From: an uncultured Prevotella sp.
GTDB taxonomy: Bacteria; Bacteroidota; Bacteroidia; Bacteroidales; Bacteroidaceae
Direction: 5' to 3'
Assembly: GCA_964616945.1 (NCBI GenBank)
Contig: CAZTUD010000001.1
Location: 1 to 49,588, forward strand
DNA: 49,588 bases
Shown here one piece after another: positions 18,440 through 28,426 of this stretch. The translations under genes and the position numbers were made by a program. The notes beneath the pieces are model-generated. The model saw nothing but the letters and a program-made list of their open reading frames with translations. It did no database searches and was not told where the DNA came from. Numbering within the stretch: position 1 is the first letter of the stretch; each line of letters begins with the position of its first letter.

Positions 18440-21400
18440 ATGAAAGGTATGAGAAAGCTTTACTTCAAACTGTTGTGCATGACGATTGCCATGCTATACT
18501 TCTACCCCCCCCCAATTTTGCAGAGCCTATAGTGTAGGAGACGTAATAGTCTATAATCAGGTGACATATGTTGTCACCGACGCCGACAACAACTATGTCT
18601 CGGCTTGCGGGTCAACCGCATCTGGTTATCAAACCATACCTGCTACATTCCAGGTGGGCGACGTTACACTCACGGTAACTGGAATAGGATATTACACCAG
18701 CCTTAACAATGCCGGCTCCACGACAACCACGACATGGGACAATGTGGGCACTTTGAGTATTCTCAGCTCAACTAACCTCACTACCATTGACAACCCCAAC
18801 TTCGGGAGCAGCCTGCAAAACTTTAACCTCTCACCTTACGTAACGACTATAAAGCCGTTCACGCTTGCCACATCGTTGCCGAAGTTTACATTGGTAAGCG
18901 GCTCCAACTATTTTGAGGTAGATGACTACGGTGCCTTGTACACCAAGGGCAAGAAGGCGCTGATAGCCGTGCCATCGACATACGGCAGCTCCAGCAGCGG
19001 CACCAGCACAACGTTCACCATACCCGACGGCGTGGAGGAGATTTACCCCGGGGCAATAAGAAGCACCTACATAACGAAGCTTGTCATCCCCGCTTCGGTG
19101 AAGACCATACCCAACACGTGGCCGTCGATACTGCCGCAGGCAACCGGCCTTCAGGAGATAGAGGTGGCTTCGGGCAACACCACTTTCCGCAGCGAGGACG
19201 GCTTGTTGATACGCAGCAGCGACAACGCACTTGTCTTCTACCCTGCCGGAAAGGGCGAGACCACCTTCACCGTGCCTGACGACGTGACGAAGGTGTTGAG
19301 CAACTCCATCATCTACAACAACACCCTCACCACCGTAGATCTCAATAAGGTTACTACGATGGAGGGCTCGGAGTGCATCTACGAGTGTGATAACCTGCAG
19401 ACGGTGAAGATTGGCGCAAGCATGACCACCATTGACGAGGGAGCAATTTCGTTCAACGAGAGCCTCTCGACATTTGAGGTGGCATCGGACAACGAATACT
19501 TCTCTGTGGGTAGTTCCAAAAGTGGTATCATAAAGGGTGCGTTGTACAACTATGACAAGACCACCCTCTTGTTCGTGCCACCTGCATACACAAGCAGCAA
19601 AAATTATGAAACTGTTGGTTCACCAACCACGCGCATTGCCAAGGAGGCTTTTGTATGCTCTCAGCTGAAAAGCATACACATAGGAAAGGCCGTGAACGAG
19701 ATAGGTGAGTCGCCTTTCCGCATGTGTAATAATCTTAGCAACGTGCAATTTGACAACCAATCCACGCTAAAGGTAGTGCCCACATGGATGTTCTACGATT
19801 GTCCAGAGCTTGGAAACATCACTTTTCCCGACGCGGTGGAGACAGTCTCCAAGAATGCCATCGTTAATTGCGAAGGTATGTCTTATATTAATTTTTACAG
19901 TACTTCAAACCTGACTACAATCGAGGATTCGGCTTTTGTCAACCTGCCAAACGTAACAGGGGTTTATTTAAACGGCTCCAATCTCACTACCATTGGTGCT
20001 GACGCATTCAACAAACTCACAAGCCTGGGCTCGATAACCATACCGCAAACAGTGACTACGCTTGGCGACAACGCCTTTCGTGGATGCTCAAGCCTGAAGA
20101 CCGTGAATTGGGGCAGCAACCCGCAGATAACAACCATAGGAGCCGGCACATTCGCCGACTGCGGACTAACGAGCTTTGAGATACCGTCGAGCGTGACGAC
20201 CATCAAGAGCGAGGCTTTCCGCAACTGCACCGCCCTGACAGACGTGAGCCTCTCGGCAAACGTGAGCAGCGTTGACGCGCGGGCATTCAAGGGCTGCACC
20301 AACCTCAACAATTTCACCGTGGATTCGGGCAACGCCTATTATTCCGCCGTCAACGGCTACCTGTTAGACAAGGACAAGACGAGCCTTGTGGTGTTTCCGC
20401 CCGCAAAGGCTCACGAGAACATGACGCTGCTGCCGCCGTCGATAACCTCAATCGGCGACTATGCTTTCTACGAGTGCACCAACCTGACCAACGTAACCAT
20501 TCCGCAAAAGGTTACGAAGATTGGGCAGCGTGCCTTTGGACTGTGCGACAACCTCAACCACGTTACGTTCCTCTGCGAGAGCATGATAAGCCCGAGCAAC
20601 ATTCCCTATACCGACAACAACACCGTGGCGTTCGACAACGGCACCAACCGCAGCGACAAGTACAACGCGTTCAGCCACATCACCATCTCCGTGCGCAAGA
20701 GCCTGCTCTCCACCTACCAGGCAAGCTCTTACTACACTCAGTTCAAGGGTGGTGCCTCCGGCATCGACCCGTCGTTCAACGTGGCCCACACAGGCGACGC
20801 TACTTCCAACGACGGCGACGAGTATATTGCCGTGTCTGACAATGCCGCCATGCTGCTTTCCACGGCAGCCAACGTGTGCACATACGTCGTGGGCACGAGC
20901 GTTAGCCACGGTGGCTCAACGCTCAACGTGGCGGCGGTGGGCGACTATGCTTTCCAGAATGCGCCGTCCACAATCGACGAGGTGGTGCTGCGCGACGACG
21001 TGGATTACATCGGCGCGATGGCGTTCGTGACGAGCACCTCCACTTCCGGCTCGACCGTAAAGCCTACTGGCTCCACGATAAAGGACATCGTGTTCTGCGG
21101 CACGCCAAGCTTCCAGCTGTCGTCGCAGGCTTTCGAGCTTGGCGACGACTACCACGAGTTCTACACCGGCCAAAAGATATACGTGCGCAAGTCGCAGGTA
21201 GATGCTTTCAAGGAGGTGCTACCCACCTACGCCCAGACGATGGTGGACTACCAGATACCCGGCGCCACCATATCCAACAAGTACGGCACGTTCTCGCGCG
21301 AGTTCGACACCGACCTCAACGCCTACTACACCGACAACAGCAGCGGCAAGCTCGCCGCATTCGTGGGCATGATTACCGACATCCTGGAGGGTGGCGGCGA

Positions 21401-21953
21401 CTATGGCACTGCCACATACCACATACGCATGAACAGCGTTGACGAATACACGGGCAAGACGGGCGACGAGGCCTACGTGCCCGCCAACACGGGCGTGCTG
21501 ATAAAGGTTATGGACGACGACGCAACCGCCACGCCGTCGGGCTTCTGGTATGCCATCGGCGAGACCGACCAAGGCACCTACGACGACGCCACGGCAAGCG
21601 CCATCTCGGGCAAGAACGTGATGCAGCCCGTTACGGTGAGCGCAAGCGGCGACATCTACGACACATCGGCTGGCTCGCAGTATGTCATGCAGCGTGGCGT
21701 TTTCCGCAAGGTCAACCAGAGCTACTCCATGCCGATACACAAGGCTTACTTGCAGGTCAGCGGCACCAACGGGGCGAAGGTGAGCCTCGTGTTCGACGAG
21801 GACAGCGAGGCGACGGGCATCAGCGCAGTAAACGCCGACCCTGCCACCGACGGCTCTGCCAACGCCCCCGTCTATAACCTTCAGGGTCAGCGCATAAGCA
21901 ACCCTCAGCACGGCATTTACATTCGTGGAGGCAAGAAGATAATCGTGAAATAA
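18440..21953 (+). CDS. BspA-like leucine-rich-repeat surface protein with T9SS-type C-terminus; frameshifted at C9 tract 18505-18513
   Basis: Many I...AF..C..L..I.IP..V repeats; C-terminal YNLQGQRI...HGIYIRGGKKIIVK. The ATG 18440/18449 signal peptide is out of frame with the 18486..21953 ORF and is restored with C8. Confidence 0.85.
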
Positions 21954-22089
21954 GCAGCGAAAGATGAGGCTTACATCGAATTTCCCGAATTTCCTAAAAA
22001 AGAACACATTAAAGTAATTCGTTTAATTCGAGAAATTCGATGTAAAAAAGTTCGCTGAGAGGTTATTGCAAACTAAAGCATGAATTGAT

Positions 22090-22284
22090 ATGAAAAAGAA
22101 AGCATTATATATCGCCCCCAAGAGTGAGACAGTACGTTTGCGAGGTGAGCAGGTTCTCACCACCGCCAGCCCAGGCGTTGACGACGGCAGCTTCGACCCG
22201 AATGAGCCGGCGGAGGCAAAGGAGGGCGACACCGACGGTTGGCCCAGGTTCAACCCGTGGGAAAAGTGGGAAGAAGAACAGTAA
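22090..22284 (+). CDS. Small peptide (MKK..Y.AP..E.V.L...Q.L..AS leader, acidic/Trp-rich tail)
   Basis: 64-aa ORF co-oriented between LRR genes, with an AT-rich upstream region. Confidence 0.7.
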   Translation: MKKKALYIAPKSETVRLRGEQVLTTASPGVDDGSFDPNEPAEAKEGDTDGWPRFNPWEKWEEEQ

Positions 22285-22313
22285 AACGTTTACGTAAAAA
22301 ATCTAAGATTGAT

Positions 22314-23714
22314 ATGAGAAATATAAAGAAAGCATTGTTTTTTTGGATTGCCGTCTGCACGGCGCAGGGAGTCAGCGCACAGTTCCCCGACGGCAACCCC
22401 AACGCCACCGGCACCGAAAATATCATTTATACCTACAACTACTCTGACCGCACCGCCACGGTGCGCAAGTCGGGCATAACGGATGCTACGAAGGGGTATC
22501 AAGGCAACGTCGTCATCCCCGACTCCGTGTACCTGCCAAGCCCTTTCGACCACTGGTATAAGGTGATTGGCGTTGATGCCGCCGCGTTCAAGAACTGCAC
22601 GCTCTTAAAGTCGGTGTCGCTGCCCAAGGGCTGCACCACCATCGGCGACTCTGCGTTTTATAACACTGGCATGACCTCCATCACCATCCCCGACTTACAA
22701 GGCCCTGTCGGAGCCTATGCTTTCGGCAGGTGCAAGAGCCTCGTGAGCTTCGACGCGGGCAATGGCCTGACAAGCGTGGGCAAGGGCATATTCATCGACG
22801 ACGACCAGCTCGCCGATTTTGCCATGAGCTCCGCCCTCACCTCCATCGGTGACTCGGCATTCTATGGCACTGCCATAACCGCCATTAGCCTGCCCGACGG
22901 CTTCACTGGCGGGGCGGGCGACTATTCGTTCGCAGAGTGCAAGAAGCTCGTGAGCTTCGACAGCGGCAACGGCATGACGAGCACCGGCGCGCTAATGTTC
23001 TACAACGACAGCCTGCTGACCAATGTACGCATCGGCTCAAACGTAACCACTCTCGCGAGGCTCATGTTCTACCATTGCCCTGGAATGAGGACGGCAACGA
23101 AGCTCGTCATACCCGCCAAGGTGACCAACGTGGGCAACATCTTCGGATTGGAAAACGAGCCCTACTGGGAGCTTGACAGCCTCATCATTGAGGACAGCGA
23201 GACGGCGATAGGCAACAGGGGATGGAACAGCGGCGTGTTGGAGAGGATAAATGTACACAACTACTACATTGGCCGCAACATTACCAACCTGCGCATCGCC
23301 AACGCCAGCACCTACGAGTCGCTGACGATAGGCCCGAAGGTTACCGCCCTGAGCAGCTACCTGTCGAGCCGCCGCACGGAGACCTACATGCCCCTCAAGA
23401 CTGTGCGCACGCTCAACACCGACCCGTCGGCTCTCACGCCCACGTTCAGCTCGGTCATCTACAACCAGGCAACGCTCATCGTGCCAGACGGCACGCTCGA
23501 TGCCTACAAGGCGGCGACAGGCTGGAAGGACTTCTACAACATCGTTGAGGCTTCCACATACGCCACGGGCGTGAACGCCGTGAAGGCTGCCCAAGGCAAT
23601 GCCACCGAAACTGCCCGCTACTCCATCGACGGCGCAACCCTCGGCTTGCCGCGAAAGGGCGTGAACATCGTCAAGACAGGCGACGGAAAGGTGAGGAAAG
23701 TGATAGTGAAGTAA
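22314..23714 (+). CDS. BspA-like LRR protein with T9SS-type C-terminus
   Basis: Signal peptide MRNIKK...VSA|Q; LRR_5 repeats; LIVPDGTLDAYKAATGW; YSIDG...KGVNIVK...KVIVK. Confidence 0.88.
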   Translation: MRNIKKALFFWIAVCTAQGVSAQFPDGNPNATGTENIIYTYNYSDRTATVRKSGITDATKGYQGNVVIPDSVYLPSPFDHWYKVIGVDAAAFKNCTLLKSVSLPKGCTTIGDSAFYNTGMTSITIPDLQGPVGAYAFGRCKSLVSFDAGNGLTSVGKGIFIDDDQLADFAMSSALTSIGDSAFYGTAITAISLPDGFTGGAGDYSFAECKKLVSFDSGNGMTSTGALMFYNDSLLTNVRIGSNVTTLARLMFYHCPGMRTATKLVIPAKVTNVGNIFGLENEPYWELDSLIIEDSETAIGNRGWNSGVLERINVHNYYIGRNITNLRIANASTYESLTIGPKVTALSSYLSSRRTETYMPLKTVRTLNTDPSALTPTFSSVIYNQATLIVPDGTLDAYKAATGWKDFYNIVEASTYATGVNAVKAAQGNATETARYSIDGATLGLPRKGVNIVKTGDGKVRKVIVK

Positions 23715-23748
23715 AAATAATTTTTAATCAACAATAAAACTGCAAATT

Positions 23749-24927
23749 ATGAACAAGACTTTACGCAAAATGAGGGTGGCTGCAATGTTCGTTGTGGCAT
23801 TGTGCGCAACCCAAGGAGCCAATGCACAGCTTACCGTGTCCGACTACAATCAACAGGATCCGGGCAACGGCCACCTGCTCTACGAGCTTAATGTTTCGGA
23901 GAAGACTGCCGTCGTGGCGGAACCCAACGCCACACAAAAGGCAAGCGGTTGGGACTATTCCACCTATCCCAGTGAAATAACCGTACTTGACTCTATTTCC
24001 GTACCGCCTTTTGACCTTTTCGGAACGTTGAAGGTGTTGGGTGTCGGCACGGGCGCATTCAAGAATTGCACAAACATCACCTCCGTCAAGCTCCCGAAGG
24101 GCTGCACCACCATCGGCGACTCGGCGTTCTACAACAGTGGCATAACCGAGTTCTCGCTGCCATCCGACTTCAACGGCTCCATTGGCAAGCACGCCTTCGA
24201 GGACTGCAAAAACCTCAAGCTTGGCAGCCTCAGTGGTGCCACGACCTTGGACAACAGCAGCTTCTTGGGATACACGCCAGCTGACAAGAAGTTCGTTATT
24301 CCCGCCAGCGTTACAAAGGTTGGATCTTCCATTTTGCGTAAAACGGTTGGCTCCACCACATACGGTGGCTCATCACTTGAGCTCGACAGCCTTATCATTG
24401 AGGACAGTGACACGCCAATCAGTGGCAGCGGTGGATGGAACAGCAATGCCCTGGCGCATGTGAACGTTCACAACTACTACATAGGCCGTAATGTTAGCAA
24501 CATGCGCATTGCCGGGGCGTACTACTATGAGTCGCTCACCATTGGACCAAAGGTAACCTCTCTGTCAAGCTATATGTCGAGCGGACGCACAGAGAGCTAC
24601 CTGCCACTCAACAAGGTGCAGACGCTCAACCCTGACCCGTCGGCTCTCTCGCCAACGTTCAACGACAAGATTTACGGACAGGCCACGCTCGTGGTGCCCG
24701 ACGGCACGCTCGAGGCGTACAAGGCTGACGCCTACTGGGGCAAGTTCCTCAACATCATGGAGGCCACACAATATGCCACCAACATAAAGGGTGTTTCTGC
24801 TGAGAGTGGCAATGCCGTAGAGACTGCCCGCTATGGCATCGACGGCAAGCAGCTCGGCTCGCCACGCAAGGGCGTGAACATCATCAAGATGAGCGACGGC
24901 GCAGTGAAGAAGGTGATAGTGAAGTAA
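23749..24927 (+). CDS. BspA-like LRR protein, paralog of 22314..23714
   Basis: Signal peptide ..ANA|Q; shares LPKGCTTIGDSAFYN, ELDSLIIEDS, NVHNYYIGRN and the C-terminal domain. Confidence 0.88.
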   Translation: MNKTLRKMRVAAMFVVALCATQGANAQLTVSDYNQQDPGNGHLLYELNVSEKTAVVAEPNATQKASGWDYSTYPSEITVLDSISVPPFDLFGTLKVLGVGTGAFKNCTNITSVKLPKGCTTIGDSAFYNSGITEFSLPSDFNGSIGKHAFEDCKNLKLGSLSGATTLDNSSFLGYTPADKKFVIPASVTKVGSSILRKTVGSTTYGGSSLELDSLIIEDSDTPISGSGGWNSNALAHVNVHNYYIGRNVSNMRIAGAYYYESLTIGPKVTSLSSYMSSGRTESYLPLNKVQTLNPDPSALSPTFNDKIYGQATLVVPDGTLEAYKADAYWGKFLNIMEATQYATNIKGVSAESGNAVETARYGIDGKQLGSPRKGVNIIKMSDGAVKKVIVK

Positions 24928-24950
24928 ACAGCCTCTCCCCCACCCTATAT

Positions 24951-24995
24951 TTAGCCCCGTCTCACCGTGCTTTCGCATGGATGAGGCGGGGCTAA
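24951..24995. terminator. Hairpin between convergent genes (terminator or REP-like)
   Basis: TTAGCCCCGTCTCA...TGAGGCGGGGCTAA stem; similar to the hairpin at 3951-3987. Confidence 0.6.
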
Positions 24996-25065
24996 TCAAG
25001 CGGTAAGAGCCCTATGGGCTCACGCCAGCACCATCAGTCGGAGCGGCATCTCCGTGCCTTTCGTG

Positions 25066-25782
25066 TCATCCGTGGCCTATTTCTTGTCGCAGCGTTTCGC
25101 GGTCTATGTCCAGCAGTCCGTGGTGAGGACTGATGGTGAGCAGACGGTCTGCGGTGCGCAGGGCGATGTCGAGGTCGTGGGTTGAAGCGACGACTATTTT
25201 CCCCATGTCGTGGGCAAGCGTGGCGAGGAGGCTCATGGTTTCCACCTTGCTCGGATAGTCGAGGAACGCCGTCGGCTCGTCGAGAAGCATGACGGGTGTC
25301 TGCTGCGCCAGTGCGCGGGCAATCATTATCTTCTGCCGTTCGCCGTCGCTCAACGTGCCGATGTCGCGCCGCGCGAATGCCTCCATGCCCACCATGCGCA
25401 TGGCTTGGGTCACGATGTCGCGGTCGGCTGGTCGCAGCGTGCCGTAGAAGTTGGTGTAAGGCATCCGCCCCATCGCCACGATGTTGGCGGCGGTCATGTT
25501 GCTGACATCCACTCTCTCGGTCAGCACCACGCTCACGAGGCGTGCAAGCGTGGGTTTGCTGGTTGCCGCAAGGTCGTAGTGTGTGCCGTCAACATCCAAA
25601 GTCATCTTGCCTCCCAATGGCGGCTGGAAGCCTGCGAGCGTGCGCAGGAGGGTGGACTTTCCAAGCCCGTTGCGCCCTATGAGGCATGTCAGCTGTCCGC
25701 CAACGATTGTGGCGTTGATATGCTCCGCAACAGTCTTGTGGCGGTAGCCTATCGTGAGGTTTTCTATTTTTATCCCGTTCAT
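25066..25782 (-). CDS. Iron-chelate/cobalamin-type ABC transporter ATP-binding protein
   Basis: GRNGLGKST, LSDGERQK..IARALAQ, LLDEPTAFLD and THDL motifs. Confidence 0.9.
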   Translation of the reverse strand: MNGIKIENLTIGYRHKTVAEHINATIVGGQLTCLIGRNGLGKSTLLRTLAGFQPPLGGKMTLDVDGTHYDLAATSKPTLARLVSVVLTERVDVSNMTAANIVAMGRMPYTNFYGTLRPADRDIVTQAMRMVGMEAFARRDIGTLSDGERQKIMIARALAQQTPVMLLDEPTAFLDYPSKVETMSLLATLAHDMGKIVVASTHDLDIALRTADRLLTISPHHGLLDIDRETLRQEIGHG

Positions 25783-25856
25783 GCTTGCAAAAATACAATA
25801 TAATCGTGAATTGCGAATTATGAATTGCGAATTATTGTTATCTTTGCAAGCGAATT

Positions 25857-28424
25857 ATGAGCACAACATCACCAGTACAAGCATTGATGCAGCAGAAGTT
25901 GCTGCTGCAGATAGAATACCAGACGGAAAAGGAAGCATTTCGCAAGCAGGCCGAGGCAATGGGCATCGGCCGCAGGGTGAAGCGCGGCGACGCATGGTAT
26001 CCCGTGCGCATTGGGCAGAGCCGCTACAACTCGCTCAACCAGATGACGATAGAGGTTTTCCGCACCGCCGACCAGAACATAGAGCACAACTTTGAGTTCG
26101 GCAAGCCGGTGATGTTCTTTAAAGGTCAAAAAACAAGTCAAAGCCCCCCCAAGCCCCCCCAAGAGGGGGGATGTGAATTACCAAAAGAGCAATCCACAGA
26201 ACGATTAAATGAGCAACCCATAATGCCATTAAAGCAGAAGGGGAAAGCTTTGAATGGCTCTGTATCAAATCAATATCCCCCCCTTGGGGGGGGCTTGGAG
26301 GGGCTTTGCACTGGCATCGTCTCCTACGTCGATGGCGACCGCATGGTAGTGGTGGTGCCGGAGGAGCAAATCGCAAGCCTCAATGCCCAGGGTTCAAGCC
26401 AGATTGGTGTGCAGCTGTCGTTCGACGAGACCTCATATCGCACGATGTTCGACGCGCTCGACCGCGTAATCAATGCCAAAGGCAACCGTCTGGCTTACTT
26501 GCGCGACCTCTTCTATTCGAAGATGCCCGCGCAGAGGTTCACTTTCGAGCCTATGACCTTTCCGTGGCTCAACAAGACGCAGGAAAAGGCCGTCAACGAG
26601 GTGCTTTGGGCAAAGGACGTGGAAGTGGTGCACGGGCCTCCTGGCACTGGCAAGACGACGACCCTTGTGGAGGCAATAAACGAGACGCTGATGCGCGAGA
26701 GCCAAGTGCTTGTTTGCGCTCAAAGCAACATGGCTGTTGACTGGATTAGCGAGAAGCTCGTTGACAGGGGTATCAACGTGCTGCGCATAGGCAACCCTAC
26801 GCGCGTGAACGACAAGATGCTCGGCTTCACCTACGAACGGCGGTTTGAGGCACATCCCGACTACCCGCAGCTGTGGGCAATAAGGAAAGCCATACGTGAG
26901 CTGCGGCAAAGGAAGAAACGGCGCGACGACAACTTCCACCAGAAGCTCGAAAGGCTGAAGGCTCGCGCCACGGAGCTTGAGATACGCATCAACGCCGAGC
27001 TTTTCGGCGAGGCGCGGGTCATTGCCTCCACACTCGTAGGCTCGGCCAGCCGATTGCTTGAGGGGCAGAAGTTCGGCACGCTGTTCATCGACGAGGCGGC
27101 GCAGGCTCTTGAGGCGGCTTGCTGGATTCCAATAAGGCGCGTGAGCCGTGTCATCCTTGCGGGCGACCATTGCCAGCTGCCGCCCACGGTGAAAAGCATC
27201 GCCGCCTTGAAAGGCGGACTTGGCAAGACGCTCATGGAGCGCATTGTGGAGAACAAGCCCGAATGCGTAACCCTCCTGCAGGTGCAATACCGTATGAACG
27301 ACCAGATAATGCGCTTCTCGTCCGACTGGTTCTACGGCGGAAAGGTGAGGACGGCGGACGAGGTGAAGCAGCGCCGTGGCATACTGGAGTATGACATACC
27401 AGTAATGTGGATTGACCAGGTGGAGGGCAAGGAGGAATTCATCGGTGAGACCTACGGGCGCATAAACCGCGACGAGGCGGAGCAGACGCTGACCATTCTT
27501 GAGCAATATTTCACGAAGATAGGCAAGCAGCGCATACTGGACGAACGAATTGACGTGGGCGTGATATCGCCTTATCGCGCACAGGTGCAGTACTTGCGCC
27601 ATTTGATAAAGAAACGCGAGTTCTTCAAGCCTTTCCGCCGCCTCATAACGGTGAACACCGTTGACGGCTTCCAGGGACAGGAGCGCGACATCATCCTCAT
27701 CTCTATGGTGCGCTCAAACGCCGAGGGACAGATTGGCTTCCTGCGCGACCTGCGCCGCATGAACGTAGCGATAACCCGCGCCCGCATGAAGCTCATCATC
27801 ATCGGCGACCCCGCCACCCTCACCCGCCACCCGTTCTACAAGAAGCTGTACGAGTATGTGAAGAAAATATCCAACGAAGATATGAGTAATGAAAAAATGA
27901 CAATAAGAGAAGCGACGCTGGCAGACATACCAGTGATACAGGGCATCGCTGACGTGGCATTTCCTGAGACTTACAAGGACATCATAACGACGGAGCAATG
28001 CGACTACATGATGGAAATGATGTACTCAACCGACAGCCTGCGCAGGCAGATGACGGTGGAGCACCATACTTATTTGATATGTTATGTTGACGGTGAGGCC
28101 GTGGGCTACGTCTCGGTGCAGCCACTTCCCGACGAGGAGAAAGCCGAGAGCGAGAAAGACATTGATGTCTTCGACCTCCAGAAGATATATGTGTTGCCCG
28201 ACTACCAGCACCAACATATTGGCACACAGCTGTTTGACCATGCGGTTGCACTTGTTCGCAAGCTGCACCCTACCCCATGCCTCTTGGAGCTGCACGTGAA
28301 CCGCCACAACAAGGCGTTGCACTTCTATGAGCGCATGGGCATGCACAAGCTCAGGGAGGGCGACTACGACATCGGCAACGGCTTCTACATGAACGACTAC
28401 ATCATGGGCATGGAGCTGAAATAG
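25857..28424 (+). CDS. SF1 (UPF1/IGHMBP2-like) helicase fused to a C-terminal GNAT acetyltransferase
   Basis: HGPPGTGKT, DEAAQ, GDHCQLPP, QYRM, TVDGFQGQE and RRMNVAITRAR motifs, then TIREAT...KIYVLPDYQHQHIG...FYERMG. Confidence 0.88.
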   Translation: MSTTSPVQALMQQKLLLQIEYQTEKEAFRKQAEAMGIGRRVKRGDAWYPVRIGQSRYNSLNQMTIEVFRTADQNIEHNFEFGKPVMFFKGQKTSQSPPKPPQEGGCELPKEQSTERLNEQPIMPLKQKGKALNGSVSNQYPPLGGGLEGLCTGIVSYVDGDRMVVVVPEEQIASLNAQGSSQIGVQLSFDETSYRTMFDALDRVINAKGNRLAYLRDLFYSKMPAQRFTFEPMTFPWLNKTQEKAVNEVLWAKDVEVVHGPPGTGKTTTLVEAINETLMRESQVLVCAQSNMAVDWISEKLVDRGINVLRIGNPTRVNDKMLGFTYERRFEAHPDYPQLWAIRKAIRELRQRKKRRDDNFHQKLERLKARATELEIRINAELFGEARVIASTLVGSASRLLEGQKFGTLFIDEAAQALEAACWIPIRRVSRVILAGDHCQLPPTVKSIAALKGGLGKTLMERIVENKPECVTLLQVQYRMNDQIMRFSSDWFYGGKVRTADEVKQRRGILEYDIPVMWIDQVEGKEEFIGETYGRINRDEAEQTLTILEQYFTKIGKQRILDERIDVGVISPYRAQVQYLRHLIKKREFFKPFRRLITVNTVDGFQGQERDIILISMVRSNAEGQIGFLRDLRRMNVAITRARMKLIIIGDPATLTRHPFYKKLYEYVKKISNEDMSNEKMTIREATLADIPVIQGIADVAFPETYKDIITTEQCDYMMEMMYSTDSLRRQMTVEHHTYLICYVDGEAVGYVSVQPLPDEEKAESEKDIDVFDLQKIYVLPDYQHQHIGTQLFDHAVALVRKLHPTPCLLELHVNRHNKALHFYERMGMHKLREGDYDIGNGFYMNDYIMGMELK
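26139..26308. mobile_element. About 170-bp MITE-like element with 34-bp inverted ends, in-frame within the helicase
   Basis: CAAAGCCCCCCCAAGCCCCCCCAAGAGGGGGGAT versus the right-end reverse complement CAAAGCCCCTCCAAGCCCCCCCCAAGGGGGGGAT; AT-rich interior. Confidence 0.7.
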
Positions 28425-28426
28425 GG

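Noticed and set aside
27882-27899. MSNEKM shared between the GNAT start and the MNT N-terminus (1831)
   Set aside because: Six residues with synonymous differences and no flanking similarity; probably coincidence.
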